Source of the DNA: a virus
Taxonomy: Duplodnaviria; Heunggongvirae; Uroviricota; Caudoviricetes
DNA length: 64,000 bases
IMG/VR virus record: IMGVR_UViG_2799113015_000003
Location: 1-64,000 of that record
Reading direction: 5' to 3' (one strand)
The notes beneath the pieces were generated by a model. The model worked only from the letters and a program-made list of their open reading frames with translations. It searched no databases and was not told the origin of the DNA. Made by a program: the position numbers and the translations under genes. Each line of letters begins with the position of its first letter. The first letter of the stretch is position 1. Positions 15,904 to 23,727 of this stretch are shown here, in pieces.

Positions 15904-15988
15904 AGGAAGGTAGAGGAATCGAACCCCCGAGTTTTCAGGCTCGCCCCGGTATTCGACGCCGGTTGCCGACCATTCAGCGGTGCCTTCC
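15904..15988 (-). tRNA. tRNA-Ser (anticodon CGA), class II
   Basis: T-arm AGAGG/AATCGAA/CCCCC with G-U pairs; long variable arm; anticodon loop GTCGAAT; 85 nt. Confidence 0.5.
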
Positions 15989-16068
15989 ATATGCCCCATT
16001 TTGATAACGCAACTGGAGCGGCTGCGGGCAGTCAACTCATGGCAGGTACCTACCGGTTGACTCAAAAG

Positions 16069-16140
16069 CTGAAGACCCTGGATTCGAACCAAGAACTGCG
16101 ACGTTCAGAGCGTCGTGTGTTGCCGTTACACCAATCTTCA
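16069..16140 (-). tRNA. tRNA-Gln (anticodon CTG)
   Basis: Acceptor 16070-76/16134-40; anticodon arm CGACG/TTCAGAG/CGTCG. Confidence 0.7.
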
Positions 16141-16217
16141 AGGGCGATTTGACCGTATGCATCCGATCGGGAGCCGCAACCCAGCAGATCATTTGCCCCG
16201 GCCTGCCAGCGGAGTCG

Positions 16218-16299
16218 TACGGACTGATGGATTCGAACCACCACACTCGAAAGCTCTGATTTACAGTCAGAGATCCCTCGCCAATAGGAGAGAGTCCGC
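16218..16299 (-). tRNA. tRNA-Tyr (anticodon GTA), class II
   Basis: Acceptor 16219-25/16293-99; anticodon arm TCTGA/TTTACAG/TCAGA; 11-nt variable arm; 82 nt. Confidence 0.7.
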
Positions 16300-16302
16300 A
16301 TT

Positions 16303-16680
16303 TCACGATGCACGTTGTCGGCGCTTCGCGTTTCGGGCCCACAGGCGACACAGCCCGCATCGGCAGCCGTGTCGTTGGTACATTCTGCACGTGCCATGTC
16401 GGTAGGACTTGAAACCGATGGTGATCTCGGTTTGCGCGATAGTCTTCGCCTTGTGGCAGGCACGACACAGGGCTTGACACTTATCCAATTCTGCAATGCG
16501 TCTGCCTGCCGACCAGGACCAAATCGCGTTCGTAACCTTCACTGTTGGATCAATGTGATCCAGTTCAAGGTCACCCCCTGAACCGCAAGAGGCACATACC
16601 CTTCCGGCGAACCACTCGTCACGTCGACCTGCTCGCCACTCTCGTTGGTACCGGCGCTTCACTTCACCTGTAAGTGTCAT
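16303..16680 (-). CDS. HNH endonuclease (paralog 2) embedded in the tRNA array
   Basis: CASCGSGGDLELDHIDP...CRACH...YRHGTCRMYQRHGCRCGLCR aligns with the 13936..14337 product; the ORF is flanked tightly by tRNA-Tyr and tRNA-Asn. Confidence 0.75.
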   Translation of the reverse strand: MTLTGEVKRRYQREWRAGRRDEWFAGRVCASCGSGGDLELDHIDPTVKVTNAIWSWSAGRRIAELDKCQALCRACHKAKTIAQTEITIGFKSYRHGTCRMYQRHGCRCGLCRLWARNAKRRQRAS

Positions 16681-16684
16681 AACG

Positions 16685-16758
16685 CTGGCTTGGCAGGATT
16701 CGAACCTACACCTCGCGAGTTAACAGCTCGCTGCTCTACCAATTGAGCTACAGGCCAA
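16685..16758 (-). tRNA. tRNA-Asn (anticodon GTT)
   Basis: T-arm GCAGG/ATTCGAA/CCTAC; anticodon arm GCGAG/TTAACAG/CTCGC. Confidence 0.65.
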
Positions 16759-16876
16759 GAGCGAGGGTGGCCAGTGTCAGCGCGCTTTCTGACCTGTGCG
16801 ACCCTCTTGCCCGTCCTGCTTAGAGATGAGACGGAGCCGAAAACACCCGTACGGTCATCATACGTGATGACCAACG

Positions 16877-16951
16877 TCTGCCAGGCGCGATTTGAACACG
16901 CGATCTCCTGGACCCAAACCAGGCGGGATGGCCAAACTTCCCTACAAGCAG
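16877..16951 (-). tRNA. tRNA-Pro (anticodon TGG)
   Basis: T-arm GCGCG/ATTTGAA/CACGC; perfect anticodon stem CCTGG/CCAGG with loop TTTGGGT (G37); perfect D-stem GGGA/TCCC. Confidence 0.6.
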
Positions 16952-17194
16952 ATGATGGACGACACGGCCCAGGTACGGCACCTCAGGTCAGATCCTTTTT
17001 ATCGGAACCTACTGCGGGATTACCCTGCCATCCATATGGCCACCGGCATCCCGATGGCCGCGCGGAGATGTCTCTCCACATTCCCCGTACGACCGACGCT
17101 TTCCTGGAGCTACCTGTACTTGCGCATGTGGTCTGACAGCCGGGGCCACACTGACTAACGAGGATGTTCTCCCTTTGCACTACCGGCAGCCTAC

Positions 17195-17260
17195 GCCGCC
17201 AGTCGGGGCTCGAACCCGAATCTTCCTCTCGTGGAGCTGCCCGGAATTGAACCGGGATGT
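17195..17260 (-). other. two adjacent perfect T-arm-like hairpins (tRNA-like fragment or structured ncRNA)
   Basis: TCGGG/GCTCGAA/CCCGA at 17203-19 and CCCGG/AATTGAA/CCGGG at 17240-56, with no resolvable acceptor or anticodon arms. Confidence 0.2.
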
Positions 17261-17642
17261 TACGTGACTTGTCACAGTCTTCTACGTGCGTAGTCCACCG
17301 ATTGGGTCGGTTGGGGTGGACGCCTGTCCGAATCGAGACCTCAGACTCTCGACCGATCTTCCAGCACAGTTTGTCGCCTGAGAGCTGGTCATTGCGAGTT
17401 CCCCGTATTCGCGACGGTGAATTGGTACACGGAACGGGTAAACCGTTGTACCCCACCGGACTACGCAGCTAGGGCGTAGTCGGACTGAGCAGAAGCTGCA
17501 GTTATTGTGGTTGCACTGTTACGGGCGTTGCGGACCCGGCACGCTTCTCAGTAAGTTGACACGCAATCGAATACCTGTCAGCCCCATTGAAGTATCTATA
17601 TCTCTATGGAGTTTTCAAATGTCATGCCACACAGAGGCATTG

Positions 17643-17713
17643 CACGGGCGGAGAGAATCGAACTCCCACTAACGGGTTTGGAATCCGTTGTCCTGCCTTT
17701 GGACCACGCCCAT
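17643..17713 (-). tRNA. tRNA-Trp (anticodon CCA)
   Basis: T-arm GAGAG/AATCGAA/CTCCC; acceptor 17644-50/17707-13; anticodon loop TTCCAAA. Confidence 0.65.
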
Positions 17714-17843
17714 ATCACCGGAATTTCCGGCTCCGGTAACCGGTGTGAACTAAGTCTACGACCCACCCACATGAACCTCTAGCGAATAAAAACGGGCCCC
17801 GATCCACTGAGGAACCGGGGCCCAACGCCGAGAAAGCCTGCGC

Positions 17844-18023
17844 TTACTGCTTGGTTGGGAAGGCTCCGTCATCAGCCGGAATGGTGCCGTTCCACCATCC
17901 ATGGGCCTTCGCCTGGGACCACTTGTCGCGGTCAGCCGACCCATAAATGGCCTCGACTACCTGCGAGCGGAACAGGTCAGCCTGTGGGGTTCCCGCTACG
18001 GGCTTGTTGTTCTGATTCGCCAT
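17844..18023 (-). CDS. small hypothetical protein, 59 aa
   Basis: ORF MANQNNKPVAGTPQADLFRSQVVEAIYGSADRDKW... between the last tRNA and the HNH gene; below the ORF-track size cutoff. Confidence 0.25.
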   Translation of the reverse strand: MANQNNKPVAGTPQADLFRSQVVEAIYGSADRDKWSQAKAHGWWNGTIPADDGAFPTKQ

Positions 18024-18101
18024 GTGGTGAGTCCTTGCTTGAAAGTCTTTGATGCACAGACACTGTGCTTACATCTATATTCTAGCACGCGTTTGCTGTG
18101 A

Positions 18102-18419
18102 CTATTCCCGCCAGTTCCTTGACGTGGGATGTTTGACCTTCTTCTTCGCCTTCCCGCCTCGACGCTGATTGCAAACCAGGTGGCAGGGAACGAGATTCGA
18201 AACGTCGTAGCAGAGTGGGTCATCCCAGGCGAGATCTTTCACGGGGATGATGTGGTCTACGGTCGCGCTCATCGGGTCAGGCCATTTGAGGCTCAGGTCA
18301 ATGAACTCGTGGCATTCGTCGCAGATCTGGTTTGCACGCAGTACGCGGGCTTTCGCCTTATCGAACTTGACGCCAGTACGACCGAGAGAGCGCGGGCCGT
18401 TTTTCGATGAAGTCGGCAA
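18102..18419 (-). CDS. HNH endonuclease, 105 aa
   Basis: CDECHEFIDLSLKW...VDHIIPVKD...CHLVCNQRRG carries the H-N-H core and a zinc-binding Cys pair. Confidence 0.6.
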   Translation of the reverse strand: MPTSSKNGPRSLGRTGVKFDKAKARVLRANQICDECHEFIDLSLKWPDPMSATVDHIIPVKDLAWDDPLCYDVSNLVPCHLVCNQRRGGKAKKKVKHPTSRNWRE

Positions 18420-18440
18420 TGGGTTCCTCTACCCATTATC

Positions 18441-18656
18441 TCACGAGCTCTTGGCTTCGCTCTCTGCATCGCTGTAGCCCATGTCGTATCCCTCGTCATA
18501 ACCGGCGTCATAGCCTCGGCGGTAGTCTGCATTGCTTCTTGAGTCGCCCAGTCTGTGTGCCAAATCTTCCCAGCGAAGCTGCTCTTCGTGCTCCAGTTCG
18601 TACCAGTACTTCGAGCCGCATGGACGCCAGAGGTCGTATATCTCAGCGCCAGTCAT
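18441..18656 (-). CDS. hypothetical acidic protein with GYD repeats, 71 aa
   Basis: ORF; RGYDAGYDEGYDMGY repeats. Confidence 0.4.
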   Translation of the reverse strand: MTGAEIYDLWRPCGSKYWYELEHEEQLRWEDLAHRLGDSRSNADYRRGYDAGYDEGYDMGYSDAESEAKSS

Positions 18657-19059
18657 AGGTTAACTCCTTGTAGTCGTCCGGGTGATGAGTTCCGTTATTG
18701 CTCAAACGAATCCACCCGCGCCCCGGCCAAGTCACATCGAGGATGTCTAGGAAGTAGCGCTCTTTTACGATTTCGACAACGTCGAGCTTGATGGGATACC
18801 TATCTATTACAGACTTCATGGGTGTGACCCGATGGGCGTAGGGGAAGATCCAGTCATTGCGGCCATCGAAATATTCGATGCTCCCTGCCCACGGGTCCTT
18901 CAAGCCCGTTCCACCATCAACCGCTAGCCGAGTGATGCTGATGTAGTTAGTGCCCGCCTGCTCCTGCAGCTCATGACGCCACCAGCAGATGACGGTTGGC
19001 TTCTTTCGGGTGTCATCTGCCACCACTAGCAACCTGCTCACTGCGGCAACCCTGCCCAT
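18643..19059 (-). CDS. hypothetical protein, 138 aa
   Basis: ORF in an overlapping-stop arrangement. Confidence 0.45.
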   Translation of the reverse strand: MGRVAAVSRLLVVADDTRKKPTVICWWRHELQEQAGTNYISITRLAVDGGTGLKDPWAGSIEYFDGRNDWIFPYAHRVTPMKSVIDRYPIKLDVVEIVKERYFLDILDVTWPGRGWIRLSNNGTHHPDDYKELTYDWR

Positions 19060-19373
19060 CCTTCAAGGCGTGCCAGTCGGCGCTCAAGCTCATCCAGGCT
19101 TGCGTTCTGGGCCTTGTTAGCACTCTTGGTGGTTGCCCCAAATCCGGCCTTCACGAGAGCCTCTGCGGCTTCCTTTGCGGACAATGGGCTAATTCGATAC
19201 AACCCACTTACGACCTGCGCGTTCTTGAAGTTAGTGCGCCCATGCTTCTCGATGATCGCAGCCATCACATCAACGTCGGACACGTCCCCACCTACTTGGT
19301 GGGGACTGTCGGCATGACCGGCGTCGGCCAGCAGAGGAGCGCAATGCCCTTGTCCTTGGCGATGTCCAGACAC
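19038..19373 (-). CDS. hypothetical protein, 111 aa
   Basis: ORF; start position uncertain because it overlaps the SPFH gene end. Confidence 0.35.
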   Translation of the reverse strand: MSGHRQGQGHCAPLLADAGHADSPHQVGGDVSDVDVMAAIIEKHGRTNFKNAQVVSGLYRISPLSAKEAAEALVKAGFGATTKSANKAQNASLDELERRLARLEGWAGLPQ

Positions 19374-20152
19374 TTGGAGACCAGCACGTTGGGGTCGCGT
19401 GATACGGAGCTCGACAGAATCTCATTTGCGCGGGCCTGGGCCTCGGCAGTCTTCTGGTCCTGCAGGGCCACCGAGGTGGCAGCGCGGGACTGGTTGATTT
19501 GATTGATCTTCTGTTCGGTGCCCTCGTCGTAGTCGATCGTCGGGACAGCTACGTCCAAGATTTCGACTTGGGTGCCCACCTTGCTTGCAAGGATTTTGCG
19601 GGCCTGCTCCGACAGCTCTGGCAGTGGAGACTGGTCGAGATTCTTCGGGGCCAAAGGGTCGAACGTTGCGAACACCTCGTTCAATGCAACCTGCAGGTTT
19701 CGGGTGACCAGATTGGTTCGAACGTTGTCGAATGTCTTGTACTGGACGAATAGCTCTGGCGTGGCTTCCTGCTTAATCTGCCAACGAACTGACACATCCG
19801 CGTCTGCAGTGGAAGAGTTACCTAGACGAACCTTGATGCGGTTATCACCCTTGTGCTGGTCGATCTGGATCGCCCCGTCCATCTCAGTGACGTTCGCCCA
19901 CGGGGCCTTGAAGTGTAGGCCGTTGGACAGCGTTGAGCCATTCGGTCGCCCGAACGTGGTCTCGATACCAATCTGTCGAGTACCAACGGTGGTAATCGAA
20001 GCGAAGATACCGAAGATCAGCGCGAATACACCGGCACCGGCAGCGGTGAGGAGTGGGATGTATCGATCTTTGTGGGGCGCGATCGGAGTTGCAATAACGG
20101 CAATTCCGGCAACGATGAGCAGGATCAGGGTGATCCACATTGTGGGCGGCAT
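19292..20152 (-). CDS. SPFH/band-7 (stomatin-prohibitin-HflC/K) domain membrane protein
   Basis: N-terminal transmembrane helix ITLILLIVAGIAVIA followed by GIETTFGRPNGSTLSNGLHFKAPW, typical of SPFH domains. Confidence 0.55.
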   Translation of the reverse strand: MPPTMWITLILLIVAGIAVIATPIAPHKDRYIPLLTAAGAGVFALIFGIFASITTVGTRQIGIETTFGRPNGSTLSNGLHFKAPWANVTEMDGAIQIDQHKGDNRIKVRLGNSSTADADVSVRWQIKQEATPELFVQYKTFDNVRTNLVTRNLQVALNEVFATFDPLAPKNLDQSPLPELSEQARKILASKVGTQVEILDVAVPTIDYDEGTEQKINQINQSRAATSVALQDQKTAEAQARANEILSSSVSRDPNVLVSKCLDIAKDKGIALLCWPTPVMPTVPTK

Positions 20153-20256
20153 AGACGGCTCCTAGATTTCGGTGGTGAGTAATTCGGCTACGGTCACGGG
20201 GCGCTGAGACCCACGTCTGAAGTGAAATAGCCTGTGGTAGAGGTAGATGAGCTGCT

Positions 20257-20769
20257 TCACGCAACGTTTCCGAACAGGCGCTCCATCACGTTGTCGGTAG
20301 AGGCCCGGAACTCGGCAAGGTTCTTCGAGTGGTTGTCCACATCGCCTGGCTGAGTGCTGAGACGTGAACGCCACTCGAGGTTGTCGGCGTCGCAGTTTTG
20401 TGGATCACCGTCAATGTGGTGCACGCGCCACTTCTGCACTTCACGTTGATCAGCTCGGTTGTACGGCACGCCATGGAATGCAGAAGCGACTAGGGTGTCT
20501 ACCCGTAAGAGCAGACTCCAACTCGCAGTACGCCCGGATCCACGATGAATCGACACGTATAGATGGTCATCAGCTGGTCGGTTCTTACTGGCGTTCCGGC
20601 CAATTCGCCGCGACAGGTAGTAGCCGTTGTAGTTGCGTTTCCATGTCGTGCCGTCCTTGCGGGTGAATTCCCGGGTGAACGGCAACGATCGAACGATACC
20701 TGTGTTGGACACTTCATACCGCTGGTCCAGGAAAGGGATTGGCTTCCAGATCAGCTCAGGTGTCTCCAT
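20257..20769 (-). CDS. HNH homing endonuclease (NUMOD4 plus HNH_3-like)
   Basis: N-terminal IWKPIPFLDQRYEVSNTGIVRS (NUMOD4-like) and HHIDGDPQNCDADNLEW (HNH_3-like). Confidence 0.7.
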   Translation of the reverse strand: METPELIWKPIPFLDQRYEVSNTGIVRSLPFTREFTRKDGTTWKRNYNGYYLSRRIGRNASKNRPADDHLYVSIHRGSGRTASWSLLLRVDTLVASAFHGVPYNRADQREVQKWRVHHIDGDPQNCDADNLEWRSRLSTQPGDVDNHSKNLAEFRASTDNVMERLFGNVA

Positions 20770-20984
20770 CAGCGTCCCTCCTCGGCCCAGTAAGCCTCCA
20801 TCACTTTCGTGACGGCCTTGTACCAGTCAGGGCGTCCGCTCAGTTCGCCGTCAATGGCATCGAAATAGACCTCACCCGTTGCGGTTTCTTCGATCTCGCC
20901 GTCCAGATGCTGGCGGTCAAGCTCGCTGATGAGAACCTCTTCGAGCTGGCGGATAAGCACTGTGTCATCGGGGCGCAGGCTCAC
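20769..20984 (-). CDS. hypothetical acidic protein, 71 aa
   Basis: ORF with ATGA overlap to the HNH gene. Confidence 0.4.
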   Translation of the reverse strand: MSLRPDDTVLIRQLEEVLISELDRQHLDGEIEETATGEVYFDAIDGELSGRPDWYKAVTKVMEAYWAEEGR

Positions 20985-21197
20985 CTAGATCTGCTCCAGG
21001 GCTTGGATTACCTCATCTGGAAATACGCCAGATTCCTTGACCGCCGCGATAAAAGAGTTGGTGAGGGCTATGAGCCCCGCAGCGGTGCCCAGCCATGCGA
21101 AGAACTCGCCTACCTGATCGATGGGAATGCCGTTGAAACCAATGTCAACGGTGTCGTTGCTGTTGATCTTGAAAGTGTTTTCGATTTGGTTCTTCAT
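20985..21197 (-). CDS. hypothetical small protein, ~70 aa
   Basis: Start set at an internal ATG with an AGGAA RBS, 3 nt downstream of the 21200..22006 stop; the longer track ORF would overlap that gene. Confidence 0.35.
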   Translation of the reverse strand: MKNQIENTFKINSNDTVDIGFNGIPIDQVGEFFAWLGTAAGLIALTNSFIAAVKESGVFPDEVIQALEQI

Positions 21198-21199
21198 AG

Positions 21200-22006
21200 T
21201 CAGATTCCTGTCACGTTGGTGGATGCAATGCAATGGGTGTCTTTCAGCCACTTGCCGCAGTCCTGGCACTGGAAGCGCGTGTAAACACGAGTGGCGTTCT
21301 TGCGAGTGCCCTGCTTGGTGATGTGCGTGGAATTGCAGTTTGGACAATGCATCTCGCCGTCCTCGGTCCACAACCCGAGGTTCATGCCACGCAGCCACGG
21401 ACGGGTGTCGTAGTAGAGCTCCACCGTCTGATCGACGTCGCGCATGTTGTAGCTCTTCATTGACCGACGAGCACGGCGTAGCACATCGCCCTGGCCGAAG
21501 CGCAGTGTGCGCCAAAGGCCATTCTCAGTGTTCTCCTTGCCCTCCATCGCCTTTGCCTTTGCGACGTAGCGCATTGACTTGGCGTATGGGTTGAAGTTTC
21601 GCGAGATTTCCTTCATGAGGTCAATGTCCACATGAGGAGCTGGCGGCGTTAGGTCGTAATACCAGAACGCAGTATTGAGGTGCTTGACGTCGAAGTTCTT
21701 GCTGTTGTACCCAACGACGTAGTCCGCTGCCGACAGGAGGTCCCAAGCCTGCTCCACCATGTTCTGATGTCCACCACCCGGGGTGTGAGACTGGTTGTCC
21801 TGCGGGAGGTTCCCATCCCATTCGGCAACGAACTTGGTCTTGTGGTTGGGGTCGTCAATCCACCGGTAGGCGAAGCAGATGGTGCGAGGAGGCTCGATAA
21901 CGCGTTCGGGGGCAATCCAACTGCCGTACTGCTTGCCTTCCCACACCCCGTCAACCAGAGCCGACTGGCGCTCGATATCGATTGCCAGGATCTTCGCATC
22001 CGTCAT
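21200..22006 (-). CDS. putative DnaQ-like 3'-5' exonuclease with C-terminal zinc ribbon
   Basis: N-terminal ILAIDIE (Exo I D-x-E-like) and C-terminal CPNCNST...CQDCGKW; assignment tentative. Confidence 0.45.
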   Translation of the reverse strand: MTDAKILAIDIERQSALVDGVWEGKQYGSWIAPERVIEPPRTICFAYRWIDDPNHKTKFVAEWDGNLPQDNQSHTPGGGHQNMVEQAWDLLSAADYVVGYNSKNFDVKHLNTAFWYYDLTPPAPHVDIDLMKEISRNFNPYAKSMRYVAKAKAMEGKENTENGLWRTLRFGQGDVLRRARRSMKSYNMRDVDQTVELYYDTRPWLRGMNLGLWTEDGEMHCPNCNSTHITKQGTRKNATRVYTRFQCQDCGKWLKDTHCIASTNVTGI

Positions 22007-22019
22007 ATGTCTGCCTATC

Positions 22020-22253
22020 TCAGTTCTGGAACTGTTCTTCGAGCTTCGCGGTGGTGAGCTTGTCCCAATGGGCGATGAATTCTTCTGTCATGACATGCAA
22101 TTGCTCACCGGACACGAGAAAGGCATGTGGCTCACCGCTCTTATGGGTGAGCACCTGAATGAAGATGTTCTCAGTGACCCGGACGGTCACGCCCATGTCT
22201 GTCTCAATGGCTTCGAGCTGACCGAGATGCTCGAACTCGCCCGTAGCGCTCAC
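22020..22253 (-). CDS. hypothetical protein, 77 aa
   Basis: ORF. Confidence 0.4.
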   Translation of the reverse strand: MSATGEFEHLGQLEAIETDMGVTVRVTENIFIQVLTHKSGEPHAFLVSGEQLHVMTEEFIAHWDKLTTAKLEEQFQN

Positions 22254-22519
22254 TCGGGGGCCGCGAAGCAGTCGAGGGTCGTACCAGCGAGAAAGGCCGC
22301 GAACAGCCTGTCAGCCATCTCGCCCCGCTCTTCAACGGTCTGCACCCAGACGCTCTTTGGAGACGCTACGAGCGTGTCGGGGCCTGCGACGATTAGGAGG
22401 TAGCGCCCATCCTCCAGTGCAACAGTGAGGTGTCCGTTGGAGTAGTGGAATGGGAGCCGCGTCCCAGGTGTTTTCAAAGTTTCCATGTGTCCCAGTCTAT
22501 TTCGGTAAAATGGGATCAT
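22250..22519 (-). CDS. hypothetical protein, 89 aa
   Basis: ORF with a 4-nt overlap. Confidence 0.4.
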   Translation of the reverse strand: MIPFYRNRLGHMETLKTPGTRLPFHYSNGHLTVALEDGRYLLIVAGPDTLVASPKSVWVQTVEERGEMADRLFAAFLAGTTLDCFAAPE

Positions 22520-22527
22520 GTGGGTAG

Positions 22528-22749
22528 CTATTTTCGGCCGAAACCCGTGTACGGATCGACCTTCTCACTCAGGTAGTTCAGGAGATGGAGACCCGTAATA
22601 GCCACTGCGGCATGACAAATAGCCCAACCAAGACGAGAGCTCAGCCACCTATCAAACTGGTGACTGAGCTTCTCATCTTCGGGCGCAAAGTATTCAACGG
22701 CGGCGATGTACACCACCAGGCCGATCCAGCCCTTTTCTGAATAGCGCAT
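22528..22749 (-). CDS. small membrane protein, 73 aa
   Basis: Two hydrophobic helices (GLVVYIAAVEYF; WAICHAAVAITGLHLL). Confidence 0.4.
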   Translation of the reverse strand: MRYSEKGWIGLVVYIAAVEYFAPEDEKLSHQFDRWLSSRLGWAICHAAVAITGLHLLNYLSEKVDPYTGFGRK

Positions 22750-23120
22750 TAGTCGCGGAACTTCTCCAACCCCTTCGGGCCCTTGAAACGATCATCGAAC
22801 TCGGGGAAGTTCTTGCGGAAGTACATCAATGCCAGGGCATGGAAGATCACGGCGGTGAGGTGCTCCAAGCCGGTTCCGCCCTCGCCGTTGTCAAACTCTT
22901 CGCCATTCCACCACGCCATAGCGTGACGCATCATGGCGTCGTACGACTTAGACCACTCATAGCCCTTGGCCCAGTTATGGTCTGAGTACTTCTTCGCGCC
23001 CTTGCCGTACAGCTCCGCAACCTCTAGGAGCTCACGCACCGGGAGCAGGGACATGCGGACGTCGTTGCCCGCCTTCTGCCCTCCCGTGGAGGAGGTGGTC
23101 ATCACTTCCCCGACACTCAC
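22749..23120 (-). CDS. dATP/dGTP diphosphohydrolase-like (MazG-like) protein
   Basis: LYGKGAKKYSDHNWAKGYEWSKSYDAMMRHAMAW resembles the small nucleotide pyrophosphohydrolase domain common in actinophages; tentative. Confidence 0.4.
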   Translation of the reverse strand: MSVGEVMTTSSTGGQKAGNDVRMSLLPVRELLEVAELYGKGAKKYSDHNWAKGYEWSKSYDAMMRHAMAWWNGEEFDNGEGGTGLEHLTAVIFHALALMYFRKNFPEFDDRFKGPKGLEKFRD

Positions 23121-23314
23121 GCGCCAAGCTCCCTTGCTGCTTCGTTCAGAAAATCGTTGGCCCGGTCGTGGATCCCACGCAGGACGTCCTTGTCAACCTC
23201 GATAAGTTCATCGCGCTCATACACAGAGCTGAACTCGATTCCGTCTTCGAGGTGTTCGATTGCGATCCGGCGCGCGACCTCAGTGATCGCTTCTGGGGTC
23301 ACTTCTTCACCCAC
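23117..23314 (-). CDS. hypothetical acidic protein, 65 aa
   Basis: ORF. Confidence 0.4.
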   Translation of the reverse strand: MGEEVTPEAITEVARRIAIEHLEDGIEFSSVYERDELIEVDKDVLRGIHDRANDFLNEAARELGA

Positions 23315-23727
23315 ACTGTGATGGTCTTCTCCTGTGAGACAACCTCTTCAGTGGGTCCGTCGTAGTAGCCACCATTGAAGGAGGCATACCACCCATCACG
23401 ACGGAAGTAGCGAACCTCGCCATTATCGTCGGTAATCTTGAAGACAAACCAGTACTGGTCGCCTTGCCCTTCGCCTCCGAAGGTATCCTCAAGCTCGATA
23501 CGCCCGAAGCCTTCGAAGTACTTGTAATCAATCTCCGACTCGGGGATCGGAGCGAATTTGCGGGTGTCCGGGTTCCACCGCTCCTTGCTCACCCCGATGT
23601 ATTCCTCGAACTCGTGCCAGCCGGTGATGTGCTCAGTCTTCGGCTCGGTCTCTTTGTACGGAATGTAGGTCACATCCCAGCCGGTATCCTGTACCAGCTC
23701 TTCGATGTCCTCGACGGTGTAGCTCAC
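23299..23727 (-). CDS. MSYT-family paralog 1 (unknown function)
   Basis: Shares GGEGxGDxxWxxFKxTxxxGxxRxFRRxGxYASFxGGxYDGPTxEV with the next two genes. Confidence 0.5.
   Translation of the reverse strand: MSYTVEDIEELVQDTGWDVTYIPYKETEPKTEHITGWHEFEEYIGVSKERWNPDTRKFAPIPESEIDYKYFEGFGRIELEDTFGGEGQGDQYWFVFKITDDNGEVRYFRRDGWYASFNGGYYDGPTEEVVSQEKTITVWVKK

Noticed and set aside
12424-17472. Numerous 60-150 aa ORFs in the track on both strands inside the tRNA array (e.g. 12424..12744, 12596..12877, 15230..15601, 16037..16480, 16983..17456)
   Set aside because: They overlap well-folding tRNA genes, lack RBSs and reflect GC-rich sequence staying open in several frames. Only the two HNH genes, the ArfB-like gene and possibly two very small ORFs look genuine.
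16952-17642. tmRNA gene hypothesis for the tRNA-free gap
   Set aside because: I could find neither a tag reading frame ending in ...ALAA-stop nor a 5' strand that pairs with the CAGCTCC-A 3' end. I kept it only as an unassigned structured-RNA candidate.
12100-17750. Dense array of similar ~11-nt repeats (GGATTCGAACC-like) that could be mistaken for a CRISPR array
   Set aside because: The repeats are reverse-complemented tRNA T-loops and T-stems with variable sequence and tRNA-length spacing. They lack the identical direct repeats and similar-length unique spacers of a CRISPR locus.
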